From Nostoc sp. (lineage in GTDB: Bacteria; Cyanobacteriota; Cyanobacteriia; Cyanobacteriales; Nostocaceae), in the NCBI GenBank assembly GCA_036918135.1, contig JBALDB010000005.1:1-64000 (forward strand): a stretch of 64,000 nt of DNA, read 5' to 3'. The notes below the pieces were generated by a model. The model was not told where the DNA came from. It saw nothing but the letters and a program-made list of their open reading frames with translations, and did no database searches. Positions 51,257 through 62,237 of this stretch are shown in pieces. How positions within the stretch are numbered: the stretch's first letter is position 1; each line of letters opens with the position of its first letter. Position numbers and translations under genes: made by a program.

Positions 51257-51740
51257 TGCATCCACGTAGGCATGTTAATATCAAATAAATTATTCTCAGA
51301 CTTATCGTATTTATACATAAAATAGCGTAAAAATACGATAATCTTTCCTAATTTATTTTTTAATCTAGCGTTATTTACAGATGTAAATATTAGAACTAAT
51401 TGTTAACTAAAAATAATCAAAAAAAAATAAACTAGTTTAAGTTTATGTATAGATTGTGAACTGAACTTGGGAATACTAAGTATCAGGACAAGTTAGACAA
51501 CTTATACAAAAGTTGATTGTTGTTTAACTTTTCTGTACTAGCTTTAGCTGCTAAATAATTTAAATGAGTTCTCAAAATGACAGTAGAGAACTTTCGGATC
51601 GACCAAGCTGACTAAGTTCTGTCAAACCTCGCATTTAACCCAACAACAGTTCCCATTTGCTTGAGTCATAACCCGTCACAATTAGGTTTTTAACTGATTT
51701 TCTAGGAATAAAGCTAGTAAACATTAATTCTAAATTCATT

Positions 51741-51861
51741 TATACAGTTCAAGTAAAAATCGCTGTAGGTTCAATACTATTCGGATTAAAAAAGTTAACC
51801 GAAGCGTATTGCAATTCAACCTGCTTGTGTCTAGTGTTTTTAGCTTTAACTGAACCGTATA
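51741..51861. mobile_element. MITE-like element with a shorter element of the same terminus type nested inside (51772-51811)
   Basis: Outer TATACAGTTCAAGTAA / TTAACTGAACCGTATA; inner CAATACTATTCGGATTAA / TTAACCGAAGCGTATTG. Confidence 0.55.
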
Positions 51862-52045
51862 TCTGCTGTTGAACAATTTTCTTGTTTATTTTTGGTTGAG
51901 ATAACAATGTTAATGATTTACAGTGGTGAGCGTGGTAGTGGTAGATAGGATGTGTGTAGAACTCCTATTGATACTCAATTTTGAATTCTGACTCTTTGTT
52001 TGCATAGCGTCCCAAAGAAAAGTTTCGATCGCCCGCTTCGGACGC

Positions 52046-52525
52046 TCAAACTTCTCTATGGATTCTGCTGTAAATGGCAGGAATAATTTTGTCAATCGCA
52101 CAATTGAATGGGATAATTTCGGCAAGGCGACCGCCTTGGTGTCCATGTGTCAAACTTATGCTCAGATAACTATCTGGCTTGTAAGGCATTCGTTGTGCCC
52201 ATTCAATGGCTACAATTCCTGGTGTAACCTCAAGACCTTCCCAGTAACTTTCTAAATTCAAGCTTGGAACTTCTTGCGGTTCTAAGCGATATAAATCTAA
52301 GTGGTAAAGGGAGAAGCGTCCTTCGGTGTACTCATTAATCAAGGTGAAAGTAGGACTGACAATCGGTTCGGTAATTCCCAAACCTTTGCCAATACCTTGA
52401 ACTAGGGTAGTTTTGCCAGCGCCTAAATCACCTTCTAGTAAAATTACACTGCCAGGGCTTAGCGATTCACCAAGACTAATACCTAAATGTAGCGTAGCCT
52501 CTGTATCTGGAAGAAAAATTTTCAT
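52046..52525 (-). CDS. tsaE: tRNA threonylcarbamoyladenosine biosynthesis ATPase
   Basis: GDLGAGKTT, SPTFTL, YHLDLYRL, AIEW. Confidence 0.95.
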   Translation of the reverse strand: MKIFLPDTEATLHLGISLGESLSPGSVILLEGDLGAGKTTLVQGIGKGLGITEPIVSPTFTLINEYTEGRFSLYHLDLYRLEPQEVPSLNLESYWEGLEVTPGIVAIEWAQRMPYKPDSYLSISLTHGHQGGRLAEIIPFNCAIDKIIPAIYSRIHREV

Positions 52526-52573
52526 AATTGGTCATGGGACATTGGTTATTTACAAGTGACTAATGACTAATGA

Positions 52574-53944
52574 CTATCTTCCATGATTAGCTCTACCGTA
52601 CCACCGCACTAACACTCGCGCTAATTTCTGCGGATTGTGACGGATAATGCCCGTTTCATCTTCATATAAAACATTAGCTGGGACAATTCGCCGTCCCAGT
52701 TGAATTACGGCTTCTCTATCTAGGAAAACGGGATGGGAATTTTGTTGGGCGTAGCGGATGAGTGATTGCTCGGAGGGGGATTTTTTCTGTACTAGGACAG
52801 CATCAAATAGTCGTCTATCTCCACAAGCAGCATCAATTGCTTGGATGTGATTGGCAACAGTATATCCTTCAGTTTCGCCTGGTTGAGTCATTATATTGCA
52901 GATATAGATACGGGGAACATCTGCTTTAGCGATCGCATCGGCAATTTCTGGTACTAATAAATTGGGAATCAGGCTAGTATAAAGACTACCTGGGCCAATA
53001 ATAATGTAATCTGCTTCTTTAAGTGCCTTAATAACTGCTGGTATAGCTGGGGGATTAGCTGGAATACAGCCAATTTTGACAATTTGTCCCCCAGCTTTGG
53101 GAATATTAGACTCTCCTTCAATGCGGCGACCATCGGCTAATTCTGCCCAAAGGCGAACATCACTCAGAGTTGCTGGTAGTACTTGTCCCCGCACAGCTAG
53201 CACTTTGGAACTGGCTGCAACTGCGCGTTCCAAATCTCCAGTAATATCACTCATGGCTGTTAAAAACAAATTGCCAAAACTATGACCCGTCAACCCATCT
53301 CCCGCACGAAAGCGATATTGAAATAATTCTGTTAATAATTTTTCTTCATCTGCTAGGGCTGCTAAACAATTGCGAATATCTCCTGGTGGTAGCACGCCAA
53401 ATTCTTGGCGCAATCGCCCAGAAGATCCTCCATCATCAGCTACAGTGACGATGGCAGTAATATTAGCGCTGTAAGTTTTTAATCCCCTCAACAACGTAGA
53501 AAGACCCGTACCACCACCAATTACTACTATTTTTGGCCCTCGGTACAATCGACGATGCGCCAGCAAAACATCAATGAGTTCCTCTCCGCCTTCTGCTCTT
53601 AGTACCTTAGTAATTGAGCCGACGGTGCGAGTTTGTCCCCAAAGCAGCAACAAAAAGCCGCCAAGCAGCACCAAAGGGCCGCTGATATAGTTGGGTAAGA
53701 TATCGGTGATTACTCCCAAAAAACCCCTAACCAACTCGAACATCCAAAAAATTGGGGTCAGCTTAATCCAAATCGCTAACCCCAAAATTGCTAGCAGTAC
53801 ACCCCCAATACTGATTAAAAACCAACGTTTAATCGATAGTCCAGGAGATAACCATTTAAACCACTGGTTAACCCGATAGGAAGTACGAGAAGGCGACTGC
53901 TTTCGCAGGGCGTTGAGGGCTTGTCTGAGAAAACCAATTGACAT
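52574..53944 (-). CDS. yvcK: YvcK/GlmR (CofD-like) gluconeogenesis factor with N-terminal TM segments
   Basis: [38 protein letters not shown]. Confidence 0.92.
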   Translation of the reverse strand: MSIGFLRQALNALRKQSPSRTSYRVNQWFKWLSPGLSIKRWFLISIGGVLLAILGLAIWIKLTPIFWMFELVRGFLGVITDILPNYISGPLVLLGGFLLLLWGQTRTVGSITKVLRAEGGEELIDVLLAHRRLYRGPKIVVIGGGTGLSTLLRGLKTYSANITAIVTVADDGGSSGRLRQEFGVLPPGDIRNCLAALADEEKLLTELFQYRFRAGDGLTGHSFGNLFLTAMSDITGDLERAVAASSKVLAVRGQVLPATLSDVRLWAELADGRRIEGESNIPKAGGQIVKIGCIPANPPAIPAVIKALKEADYIIIGPGSLYTSLIPNLLVPEIADAIAKADVPRIYICNIMTQPGETEGYTVANHIQAIDAACGDRRLFDAVLVQKKSPSEQSLIRYAQQNSHPVFLDREAVIQLGRRIVPANVLYEDETGIIRHNPQKLARVLVRWYGRANHGR

Positions 53945-54119
53945 ACCTGATTCACAGCAGTGCTACAAACTAATAATTAACAGAAAATCTACACCAGTTG
54001 GTTTCAAATACCACGAGTGAAACTATTATATTTTTTAATTCCAGTAGACTAAAAGCAAGTCGTCAAGATTGCCAGTATTCCCAGTTAAACAATATCTTGG
54101 CTTGGTAAGAGTGAATTTA

Positions 54120-54611
54120 ATGGAAAAACGAATTTTAGGATTAGATCCAGGACTGGCAATTTTAGGATTTGGGGCAATTACTTGCATACAAATTCCTCAC
54201 AAAATGCCACAAACTACAGTAAATATGCTGGATTTTGGGGTAATAAAAACGTCAGCAGATGTAGAAATGGGACAACGGCTATCCACCTTATTTGATGATT
54301 TACACACCCTGATGGAGGAGTTTCAACCAGATTTAGTGGCGATCGAGAAACTATTCTTCTATCGTATGTCAAGTACTATCCTGGTTGCACAGGCGCGAGG
54401 TGTAGTTATGTTAGTGTTGGGGCAACGTCGGCTTCCTTATGTAGAATTTACTCCTGCTCAAATTAAACAAGCTTTAACGGGATATGGCAATGCCGATAAG
54501 TCTGAGGTGCAAGAAGCGGTAGCGCGGGAGTTGGATTTAGATGAGATTCCCAAGCCGGATGATGCTGCGGATGCTTTGGCGGTAGCTTTGACGGCGTGTT
54601 ATCAGATTTAA
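54120..54611 (+). CDS. ruvC: Holliday junction resolvase
   Basis: [35 protein letters not shown]. Confidence 0.96.
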   Translation: MEKRILGLDPGLAILGFGAITCIQIPHKMPQTTVNMLDFGVIKTSADVEMGQRLSTLFDDLHTLMEEFQPDLVAIEKLFFYRMSSTILVAQARGVVMLVLGQRRLPYVEFTPAQIKQALTGYGNADKSEVQEAVARELDLDEIPKPDDAADALAVALTACYQI

Positions 54612-54716
54612 TTGTGAAAAACCAGAATGTATTTGGAAAGCAACTGACACCTCTGCTTTTAGTACTCTTCTACTTAAAGGAGATTTTCTCCAGTTGCTAA
54701 ATGTGAAGGATGAATA

Positions 54717-54977
54717 ATGAATTACGAAGAACTAATCAATGACATTAGCAGCATCAACTATAGTGCTATCACAACTATTGCACGTACCATTAATAAAATT
54801 CAGACAATTCGCAACTGGTTTATCGGTGCTTATATTGTTGAGTATGAACAAAACGGAGTAGACCGTGCTGCATATGGCACACAGCTAATCAAAAAACTTG
54901 CAGATGATTTAAAAAGACCTAATATCGAAGGGCTATCACACCGTAATTTAAAAAACTTTCGACGAGTAAGAGAATAG
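54717..54977 (+). pseudogene. YhcG/DUF1016 N-terminal fragment
   Basis: RNWFIGAYIVEYEQNG.DRA.YG..LIKKLA.DL....GLS.RNLKNFR; stops at 86 aa without the nuclease domain. Confidence 0.75.
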
Positions 54978-55008
54978 ATAAGTAATATTATATTGGTAAG
55001 GGATAAGT

Positions 55009-56202
55009 TTAAACTGAAGCTGAACAAATCTCACTAGTAATTCTCTGGTTAACAATACAATGTTCTACAATTGTTGGTAATTCCTTATCAATATCAATTG
55101 GAGTTCCTCTTTTAGCAATTTCTTTGATTTCTTGAAAAATCTTAATTACTAAGTCTTGGTTTTCAATCAGTTCTTCTCTCCCAATCTGTTTGAGAGCGAG
55201 TTTGACAGCAATATATCCTGATTGCATTCCCAATGCTAAACTACTTTTGATTCCTAAAAGTTGCGGATTTAAACTTTGATAAAGCCTTTCATCTTTGGCA
55301 ACAGCATTCACATGAACACCTGCATAGTGGGTAAAGGCATTTTTTCCGAGTAAGGGATGATGAGGAGAAATAGATATGTGGGAATGCTCGCTGACAAAAT
55401 CATATAATTCTTTTAATTGGCTCAAATTCCAAGCTGATTTTTCTTCAACTATATCTATTAAATTTATGAGTAATTCTGCTAAGTCAACAATGCCAGAGCG
55501 TTCCCCTAATCCCATAACACTGACATCAATAATATCTGCTCCAGCGTTGTAAGCATCCAGAGCATTTGCTAAGGCTAAACCTCGGTCATTGTGACAATGA
55601 ATTTCTATTTGTGGATATAATTGCTGTTTTGCAAGTTCTTCTTTGAGGGTTTTGACATAATAAGCAATACTACGATTTTGAACAAATGGTGTTGTGTATC
55701 CAGTTGTATCAGCTATGCTAATTATATTCGCTCCTGCCTTCACTGCTGCGATCGCCGCTGCAATCACATTTTCGATTGGCGATCGCACTGTATCTTCTGG
55801 AGTATACCGAATTAATAAGTTTTCTTGCTGCTCTCTAGCATAAGTTATAACTTCAACAATTTTTTCTATTGCTTTTTCTAGACCAATATCATAATCTTGC
55901 TGCAATCGGTTCTCGGAAACGCTAAAAAAGATACCTAAAAAATTGACACCACACTCTAGCGCTTTTTTCACATCATCTTTTCGACAAAGCGAATGAGCGC
56001 CTATTTTAGCTTTCAAACCAGCCTTAGCAATATGAGCGATCGCTAAGGCAATTTCCCTATCTACTGCGGGATTACCAGCTTCAATAATATCAATTCCTAT
56101 ACAATCTAAAAACTGAGCGATCGCTAACTTGATTTCCGGAGCAAAATAAACTCCAGGAGTTTGTTCTCCTTCTCTCAAAGTAGAATCCAGAATTTGAATC
56201 AT
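55009..56202 (-). CDS. DRE-TIM metallolyase, homocitrate synthase (Lys20/AksA-like) / LeuA family
   Basis: DSTLREGEQ, IADTTG, HCHNDRG, GLGERSG, NAFTHYAGVH. Confidence 0.85.
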   Translation of the reverse strand: MIQILDSTLREGEQTPGVYFAPEIKLAIAQFLDCIGIDIIEAGNPAVDREIALAIAHIAKAGLKAKIGAHSLCRKDDVKKALECGVNFLGIFFSVSENRLQQDYDIGLEKAIEKIVEVITYAREQQENLLIRYTPEDTVRSPIENVIAAAIAAVKAGANIISIADTTGYTTPFVQNRSIAYYVKTLKEELAKQQLYPQIEIHCHNDRGLALANALDAYNAGADIIDVSVMGLGERSGIVDLAELLINLIDIVEEKSAWNLSQLKELYDFVSEHSHISISPHHPLLGKNAFTHYAGVHVNAVAKDERLYQSLNPQLLGIKSSLALGMQSGYIAVKLALKQIGREELIENQDLVIKIFQEIKEIAKRGTPIDIDKELPTIVEHCIVNQRITSEICSASV

Positions 56203-56453
56203 CTCTTCTATAAATTTTAGGAACAGATTTTCATGAAATTTTCTCTGTGGTTGATTATACTAAGCTTTGAATCCCCCAGTGCATGAATTTAATCTAAAAA
56301 ATGTCATCAACTATACAAATTTTTCCAAAAAACTTGAGAGGAGAATTTTTAGTAATTATTTTATATCTATGGAAATAGGTAATTAGTTGTCTAATTACCC
56401 ATAATCTATCGGCATCGCTTTTGGTTAAACTTGAGGCGATCGCTTTTAGTTCG

Positions 56454-57545
56454 CTATCCCATACCATCGATAACTGGATGGAAGTAGAAGGCAAATCCCA
56501 ACACTGTATAAGCGGCTAATAATAAAGTGCCTTCCAACCAATTAGACCTACCATCGGAACTAATGGTATTAGCAATTAATACAGACACAACCACAGCCAC
56601 TAATTCAAAAGGTCTGAAATCCAAATTCATCGGCTGACCAAATGCCCATCCTGCTATCACCAATACAGGGGCGACAAACAAGGCAATCTGCATACTCGAT
56701 CCCACAGCTACAGAAAGGGAAAGATCCATTTTATCTTTCATCGCTACGGTGACTGCTGTGGCGTGTTCAGCGGCGTTACCCACAATCGGAACTAGGATTA
56801 CCCCAGTAAATAATGCTGTCAAACCAAGCTGAGATGTAGCTACCTCCAGAGAATCTACCAGCAATTCTGATTCAACTGCCACTAACAAGGTACATACTAG
56901 CAGCATACCAACCCACAATACAATATTGGGTTTGCCATCAGACATTACCTCTTCTTCTGCTTCTGCCACACCCACATCATATAAATATGAGTGAGTTTTC
57001 ATGGAAAATAGCAGTGTTAGGGCATAAACCAAAATTAACACCACTGCAACAGCAATAGAAAGAGATTGCAGCGTTTGTTGGTTAACTCCTGTAGCAGTGT
57101 AGTTCATGGCTGTGGGTAATAAAATCGCAATCACAGCCAGATTCATCGAAGCAGCATTCACCCGCGCTACAATTGGCTGAAATGTTTGTTCTTTGTAGCG
57201 CAGCCCTCCCAAAAGCATTGAAAAACCCATCACCAGTAGTAAGTTGCTAATAATCGACCCTGTAATACTGGCTTTGACTACATCTATTAACCCAGCCTTC
57301 AGCGCTACTATGGCGATAATCAGTTCTGTAGCATTGCCAAAAGTGGCGTTTAACAACCCCCCCAATGTCGGCCCAACCACAACAGCAATTTCTTCTGTGG
57401 CTGTTCCCATCCAAGCTGCTAAAGGCAAAATCGCTAATCCAGCCGTAAGAAAAACTAGCAATTCTCCCCACTCCAGAAAATGGGCTGCTAAGGAAACTGG
57501 GATAAACAGTAATAAAACGAAAAGAAAAATGTTTTTAACTGACAT
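56454..57545 (-). CDS. cax: Calcium/proton exchanger (CAX/ChaA family)
   Basis: LNATFGNATELI, GSIISNLLL, GNAAEH, GSSMQIALF, SNWLEG. Confidence 0.94.
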   Translation of the reverse strand: MSVKNIFLFVLLLFIPVSLAAHFLEWGELLVFLTAGLAILPLAAWMGTATEEIAVVVGPTLGGLLNATFGNATELIIAIVALKAGLIDVVKASITGSIISNLLLVMGFSMLLGGLRYKEQTFQPIVARVNAASMNLAVIAILLPTAMNYTATGVNQQTLQSLSIAVAVVLILVYALTLLFSMKTHSYLYDVGVAEAEEEVMSDGKPNIVLWVGMLLVCTLLVAVESELLVDSLEVATSQLGLTALFTGVILVPIVGNAAEHATAVTVAMKDKMDLSLSVAVGSSMQIALFVAPVLVIAGWAFGQPMNLDFRPFELVAVVVSVLIANTISSDGRSNWLEGTLLLAAYTVLGFAFYFHPVIDGMG

Positions 57546-58395
57546 TTGTCACCTTGAGTTGACGGTATCCTATCTGAGTGCTGAGTCTTGTTAGTGGTAG
57601 TGAGGCGTTTAGCCCGTGCTGAGTAACAATACTAGTCCCCCGTCCCCAGTTCTGAGTCCTGAGTTTTGAATGAAGACACAAGAATGAGGAGTAAACAAAT
57701 GGTCTTAAGTAAGTGAGCATAACTAATTGAAGATACTTCATAGCTTGTAGTTAGACTAAAGCGCCAACTACGAACTTTAACTTAATTCATGCCTAGCTAC
57801 TTATTTTCTTTGCTGTTACTTACTCATCACTCAGTAGTGATAACTCCCATAGGATACTCTCAAGGGTCTGTAGACCAATTCAGAAATTTTACAGAACTTT
57901 ATTGGTCATTCGTCATTAGTCGTTGGTTATTCGTCATTAGTCATAAATTCTTCTCCCTGAGTCCCCAGTCCCATTACCCCTTATCCCCAGAGGGGGCCCC
58001 ACCTTCCCCAATACCCAATTCACTGCTATCTTTGTAAAAGAAGATTACAATTTAAGGAGTTTTCGTAATCTTTCGTTGCAAAAGTATGAAATTGATTCAA
58101 GATATTACATCAAAAATCGAGTTTAATATATTAAAAGACAATTAAGTTTTTGATTGGCGCTGCCAACGAGAAAACCCATAACTGAGGCGTCGTAAAATGG
58201 CTAATTACTTGAAGCCTTCAGGGAAAGGGCTGTGCGATAACGCAGATTTCCCACTATACTAAAATCGCTTTCTTAAAAATTTGGTTGTATTTCATAGTTG
58301 TTGTTTATACCGGATTTTGTGTTCAAACCATTGTAGAAAGGTTTATGCACACCATTTATTGGTGCAACTACAAGTTTTTTTTTGGATAAATATAC

Positions 58396-61092
58396 ATGAC
58401 TTCTGCTGCCCAAATGCCAGCTAGCTCTGGCTCAACGTCAACATTACATTCAGATTCCCACAACACTTACTCTGTCGATCCCCTGAGAACAGCTAATGGT
58501 GTTTATGTGACGGTGCATGGTCATTTTTACCAGCCACCGAGGGAAAATCCTTATCTGGACGCGATTGAACGCCAACCGAGCGCTGCACCTTTCCATGACT
58601 GGAATGAGCGGATTCATTGGGAATGCTATCGCCCAAATGCTTTTGCCAGAGTCTTAAATGACCGAGGCGAAGTGATGGGGATAGTCAACAATTATGAGTA
58701 TTTTAGTTTTAATATCGGCCCAACGTTGATGTCGTGGCTAGAACGCTACGATCTGGAGGTTTATCAGCGGATTTTGGAGGCGGATCTCAAGAGTAGGGAG
58801 CGTTTGCACGGTCATGGAAATGCGATCGCGCAAGTATACAATCACATCATCATGCCTCTGGCGAATGAACGCGACAAATATACCCAAATTCGCTGGGGTA
58901 AAGAAGACTTCCGCTCTCGGTTTGGCCGCGATCCCGAAGGTATGTGGCTAGCAGAAACCGGTGTGGACTACCCCACCCTAGAAGCTCTAGTTGCTGAAGG
59001 TATTCGCTTCCTTATCCTTGCGCCGTCTCAGGCACAGCGTTGTCGTCCCTTACCTACTAAAGATGATCCCAGTCCTGAATGGTACGAAGTTGGTGGTAGT
59101 CAGATCGATTCCACTCGTCCCTATCGTTGTTATTTGAAGCCCACACTGGAGACTTCATCTTTACCTCTAAATACGATCCCCAATAGCCCTAAGGATAGGA
59201 GTCGGCAAGGATTACCCTATATTGATATCTTCTTCTACGATGGCCCGATATCGCGAGACATGGGTTTTAGTGATGTCGTTTATAATTCCAGTTACTTTAC
59301 TGGACGTATCGGTTCGGCCGTGCGTGGGGATCATCGTCCAGCACAGTTGATTTCTGTGGCTACGGATGGGGAAACCTTTGGACATCACAAGAAAGGAACT
59401 GAAAAAACTTTAGCCTACGCCTTCACAACAGAATTTCCCCAACAGGGTTGGACGGTGACGAACTTCGCTCACTATCTGAGCTTAAATTCTCCTACTTGGG
59501 AAGTGGAATTGAAGCCAATCACAGCTTGGAGTTGCGCCCACGGTGTAGACAGATGGCAGGATAACTGTGGTTGTGGTGGAGAAGGTAGTGCTTGGCATCA
59601 GAAATGGCGTCGTCCGTTGCGGGATGCTCTCAATTGGCTGCGGGATCAACTAATTGAGGTGTACGAAGAATATGGCAGACTGTTATTTCGCGATCCCTGG
59701 CAAGCACGCGATGAATATATTCAAGTGATGCGCGATCGCTCTTCTGCCAACGTCAACCGCTTCCTGTCTCGCCATCAAACCCACAAACTAACAGCTGCCG
59801 AACAAGTTGACGCCCTGCGCTTGTTGGAAATGCAACGTCATGCTTTGTTGATGTTCACGAGTTGTGGTTGGTTTTTTGAAGAAATTTCCCGTCCAGAAGG
59901 GACGCAGATTCTCCGCTACGCCGCGCGTGCTTTGGAATTGGCGGGGGAAGTGGCTGGAGTACAGTTGGAAAAAGGCTTTGTCAAACGTCTTGGTTTAGCC
60001 CCTAGTAATGTCGAACAGTTCAAACATGGTGGGGATATTTATCGGCAACTGGTACTCACTGCCCAACTTGGTTTTAAACAAGTTGCAGCCCATTATGCGA
60101 TTACTTCTTTGTTTACGAATCAGGGATCGACACTGGGTACTAAGCACTCGGCAGTGGGGACTCATACAAAGCGGGTTTATTGCTACACTGCCAATGAGCT
60201 AGATTACCAACTCCAACATATGGGATCGCTAACTCTGGCTGTAGGAAATTTGAAGCTGGTATCAGAGATTACTTGGGAAAGCGAGCATTTGGTATTTGCT
60301 GTTCTGCATTTAGGAGGTTGGGATTTCCACTGCTGCATTCAACAATTTACTGGGCGGCGTGACTACAGCCAATTGAAAGAAAAGCTGTTTAAGGCACTGC
60401 AACAAGCAAGTGCGGCTCATACTATCTTGGCCATGACGCAGTTATTTGGCGAAGATACTTTCAGCTTGGAAAATCTCTTTGCTGAAGAACGCCATCGAAT
60501 TATGCGGCTGTTGAGTCAGCAAACATTGACACCTTTAGGACAACTTTATACGCAAGTATACCGTGATAACTACGGGGTACTGATGGCGTTTCATCGCGAT
60601 GAAATACCAGTCCCGCAAGAATTGCAGGTAGCGGCAGACATAGCTTTAGGGCATCGCTGTCTGATGAGATTGCGAGCGCTCGAGCAAGATATCGCCGATC
60701 CCCAAATGCGTTGGAATCACATAGTAGAATTGGAAGCGATCGCCACAGAAGCAAAACATCTGCGTTGTCGGCTGAATATTCCCGACGGTAAGCAAATATT
60801 AGAACAGTTAATTGTGCGATCGCTTTGGCAATTGTTGCACGATGCCAATGGTAGTTTTGATGCAGATATCCAACAGTTGGAGCGATTGATTGATATCGGG
60901 GATCAATTAGATATTAATATTTCTCTACATCGATCCCAAGAACTATATTACAGCTGTCTGCACAATCAGATAATACCTACGTGCATCACCACTCTTAACA
61001 ATGAAGAAGATATTCATCAGTGTCGTCAGTTGCTCAAATTGGGCAAAAAGTTAGCTGTTGATGTCAGTATGATTTCAAATAAGTTCCCATAA
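58396..61092 (+). CDS. Glycoside hydrolase family 57 / DUF3536 protein
   Basis: HGHFYQPPRENP, YNHIIMPL, GMWLAET, ATDGETFGHH, MFTSCGWFF. Confidence 0.92.
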   Translation: MTSAAQMPASSGSTSTLHSDSHNTYSVDPLRTANGVYVTVHGHFYQPPRENPYLDAIERQPSAAPFHDWNERIHWECYRPNAFARVLNDRGEVMGIVNNYEYFSFNIGPTLMSWLERYDLEVYQRILEADLKSRERLHGHGNAIAQVYNHIIMPLANERDKYTQIRWGKEDFRSRFGRDPEGMWLAETGVDYPTLEALVAEGIRFLILAPSQAQRCRPLPTKDDPSPEWYEVGGSQIDSTRPYRCYLKPTLETSSLPLNTIPNSPKDRSRQGLPYIDIFFYDGPISRDMGFSDVVYNSSYFTGRIGSAVRGDHRPAQLISVATDGETFGHHKKGTEKTLAYAFTTEFPQQGWTVTNFAHYLSLNSPTWEVELKPITAWSCAHGVDRWQDNCGCGGEGSAWHQKWRRPLRDALNWLRDQLIEVYEEYGRLLFRDPWQARDEYIQVMRDRSSANVNRFLSRHQTHKLTAAEQVDALRLLEMQRHALLMFTSCGWFFEEISRPEGTQILRYAARALELAGEVAGVQLEKGFVKRLGLAPSNVEQFKHGGDIYRQLVLTAQLGFKQVAAHYAITSLFTNQGSTLGTKHSAVGTHTKRVYCYTANELDYQLQHMGSLTLAVGNLKLVSEITWESEHLVFAVLHLGGWDFHCCIQQFTGRRDYSQLKEKLFKALQQASAAHTILAMTQLFGEDTFSLENLFAEERHRIMRLLSQQTLTPLGQLYTQVYRDNYGVLMAFHRDEIPVPQELQVAADIALGHRCLMRLRALEQDIADPQMRWNHIVELEAIATEAKHLRCRLNIPDGKQILEQLIVRSLWQLLHDANGSFDADIQQLERLIDIGDQLDINISLHRSQELYYSCLHNQIIPTCITTLNNEEDIHQCRQLLKLGKKLAVDVSMISNKFP

Positions 61093-61094
61093 CA

Positions 61095-61120
61095 GTAGGG
61101 GCACACACCTGTGTGCCCCA
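61095..61120. repeat. GTAG-type REP-like palindrome / terminator
   Basis: GTAGGGGCACAC-ACCT-GTGTGCCCC between convergent genes. Confidence 0.55.
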
Positions 61121-61148
61121 TAAAAGTATTACATCCACATGAAAATCA

Positions 61149-61394
61149 CTAGAAATCAAAATGGCGTCTAAACCGGGGATCGATGCTGTCACTTTTTTGC
61201 TGATTACAAGTCAAGCAAAGGGTTTGTAGATTGCTGATATCGTTTTGACCCCCACGGGCGAGGGGAATGATATGGTCAATGGTGAGACTAGTTTCTAGTG
61301 TAGTTTTACCGCAGCTTTGGCATTGATATTTGTCACGTTGCCAGACATATTTTTTTACTTCCAGGGGAATAGCAATCCGGGGAGTTTTACTCAT
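61149..61394 (-). CDS. Small HNH endonuclease
   Basis: RDKYQCQSCG...IDHIIPLARGG.N...NLQTLCLTCNQQK. Confidence 0.9.
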   Translation of the reverse strand: MSKTPRIAIPLEVKKYVWQRDKYQCQSCGKTTLETSLTIDHIIPLARGGQNDISNLQTLCLTCNQQKSDSIDPRFRRHFDF

Positions 61395-61482
61395 AATTGT
61401 TGACGGGACTGTTAATAATCTAGTTCTTTTAATTCAGCCATTTTTAGCATTAAATAAAGTAAGCGCAATCAAAATATAGAAA

Positions 61483-61734
61483 ATGTCTAAAGAATTAAAC
61501 GAAATTAAAACCCTTGCTAACAAACTCACACCTGAAGAACAATTGCATTTAATCGCTTATTGAACGCAAAGGCTGGGACGTTGTGAAATTAAACGCAAAC
61601 CAAGCCGCAATATTATGGAATTTGCTGCTATAGCACCCAATCTCATGGGAGGAATGGATGTCCAGGAATATGTCACTCGTATGAGGCGTGGAGAGTTTCC
61701 TGATTTAGAAATTGTAGAAAAGCAATTAGGGTAA
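61483..61734 (+). pseudogene. Antitoxin-like gene with an in-frame TGA
   Basis: MSKELNEIKTLANKLTPEEQLHLIAY*(61561)TQRL...GMDVQEYVTRMRRGE; lies immediately before a PIN fragment. Confidence 0.65.
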
Positions 61735-61739
61735 CAGGA

Positions 61740-61940
61740 GTAAACATTACAAACAGTTTACAGGGTGTGAGGCGCTAGTTTCTCGATACTGGGCCAGTTA
61801 TTTACTTCGTTGAGCGATATCTACAATACTTTCCTCTCGTCAGAGAAGTGTTTGAGCAACTGAGGAATATACCACTGCTCGGTCTTGATTAATGATTTAT
61901 AGCCAAGCTGATGGATTTATTCACTAAAGCGGATAAAACT
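61740..61940 (+). pseudogene. VapC/PIN toxin remnant
   Basis: VNITNSLQGVRR*(61776)FLDTGPVIYFVE..YFPLVREVF, matching a PIN N-terminus; the rest is decayed. Confidence 0.65.
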
Positions 61941-62237
61941 TGGTCTGATTTGCGTAAAATTCTAGTTTTTTGTGGATATCTACTTAGGGCGTTGCATAAA
62001 AGCCTGATGAATTAAGATTTTTAGCCAAGGGTAAATCTAGATTTTTTGAGCTTTTGCGCCTTTGGACGAAACAAAATTCATCTCACTAATTAGCAACGTC
62101 CAATTTAGTTGCATTTGACAGCAAATTCAATCCAAGTCTGAGTTTTAGATACTTCGGCTTGTCTACGACACGCTATGCGATCGCAATCATTTAACTTAGC
62201 TACAAATGCTGCCTCACAACACCGAAACTAAAGGATC

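Noticed and set aside
55009..56202. Naming this gene nifV or leuA
   Set aside because: The motif variant and lack of operon context do not support either symbol
2181..60754. Numerous antisense or alternate-frame ORFs overlapping long genes
   Set aside because: Shadow ORFs of well-supported genes with no independent motifs
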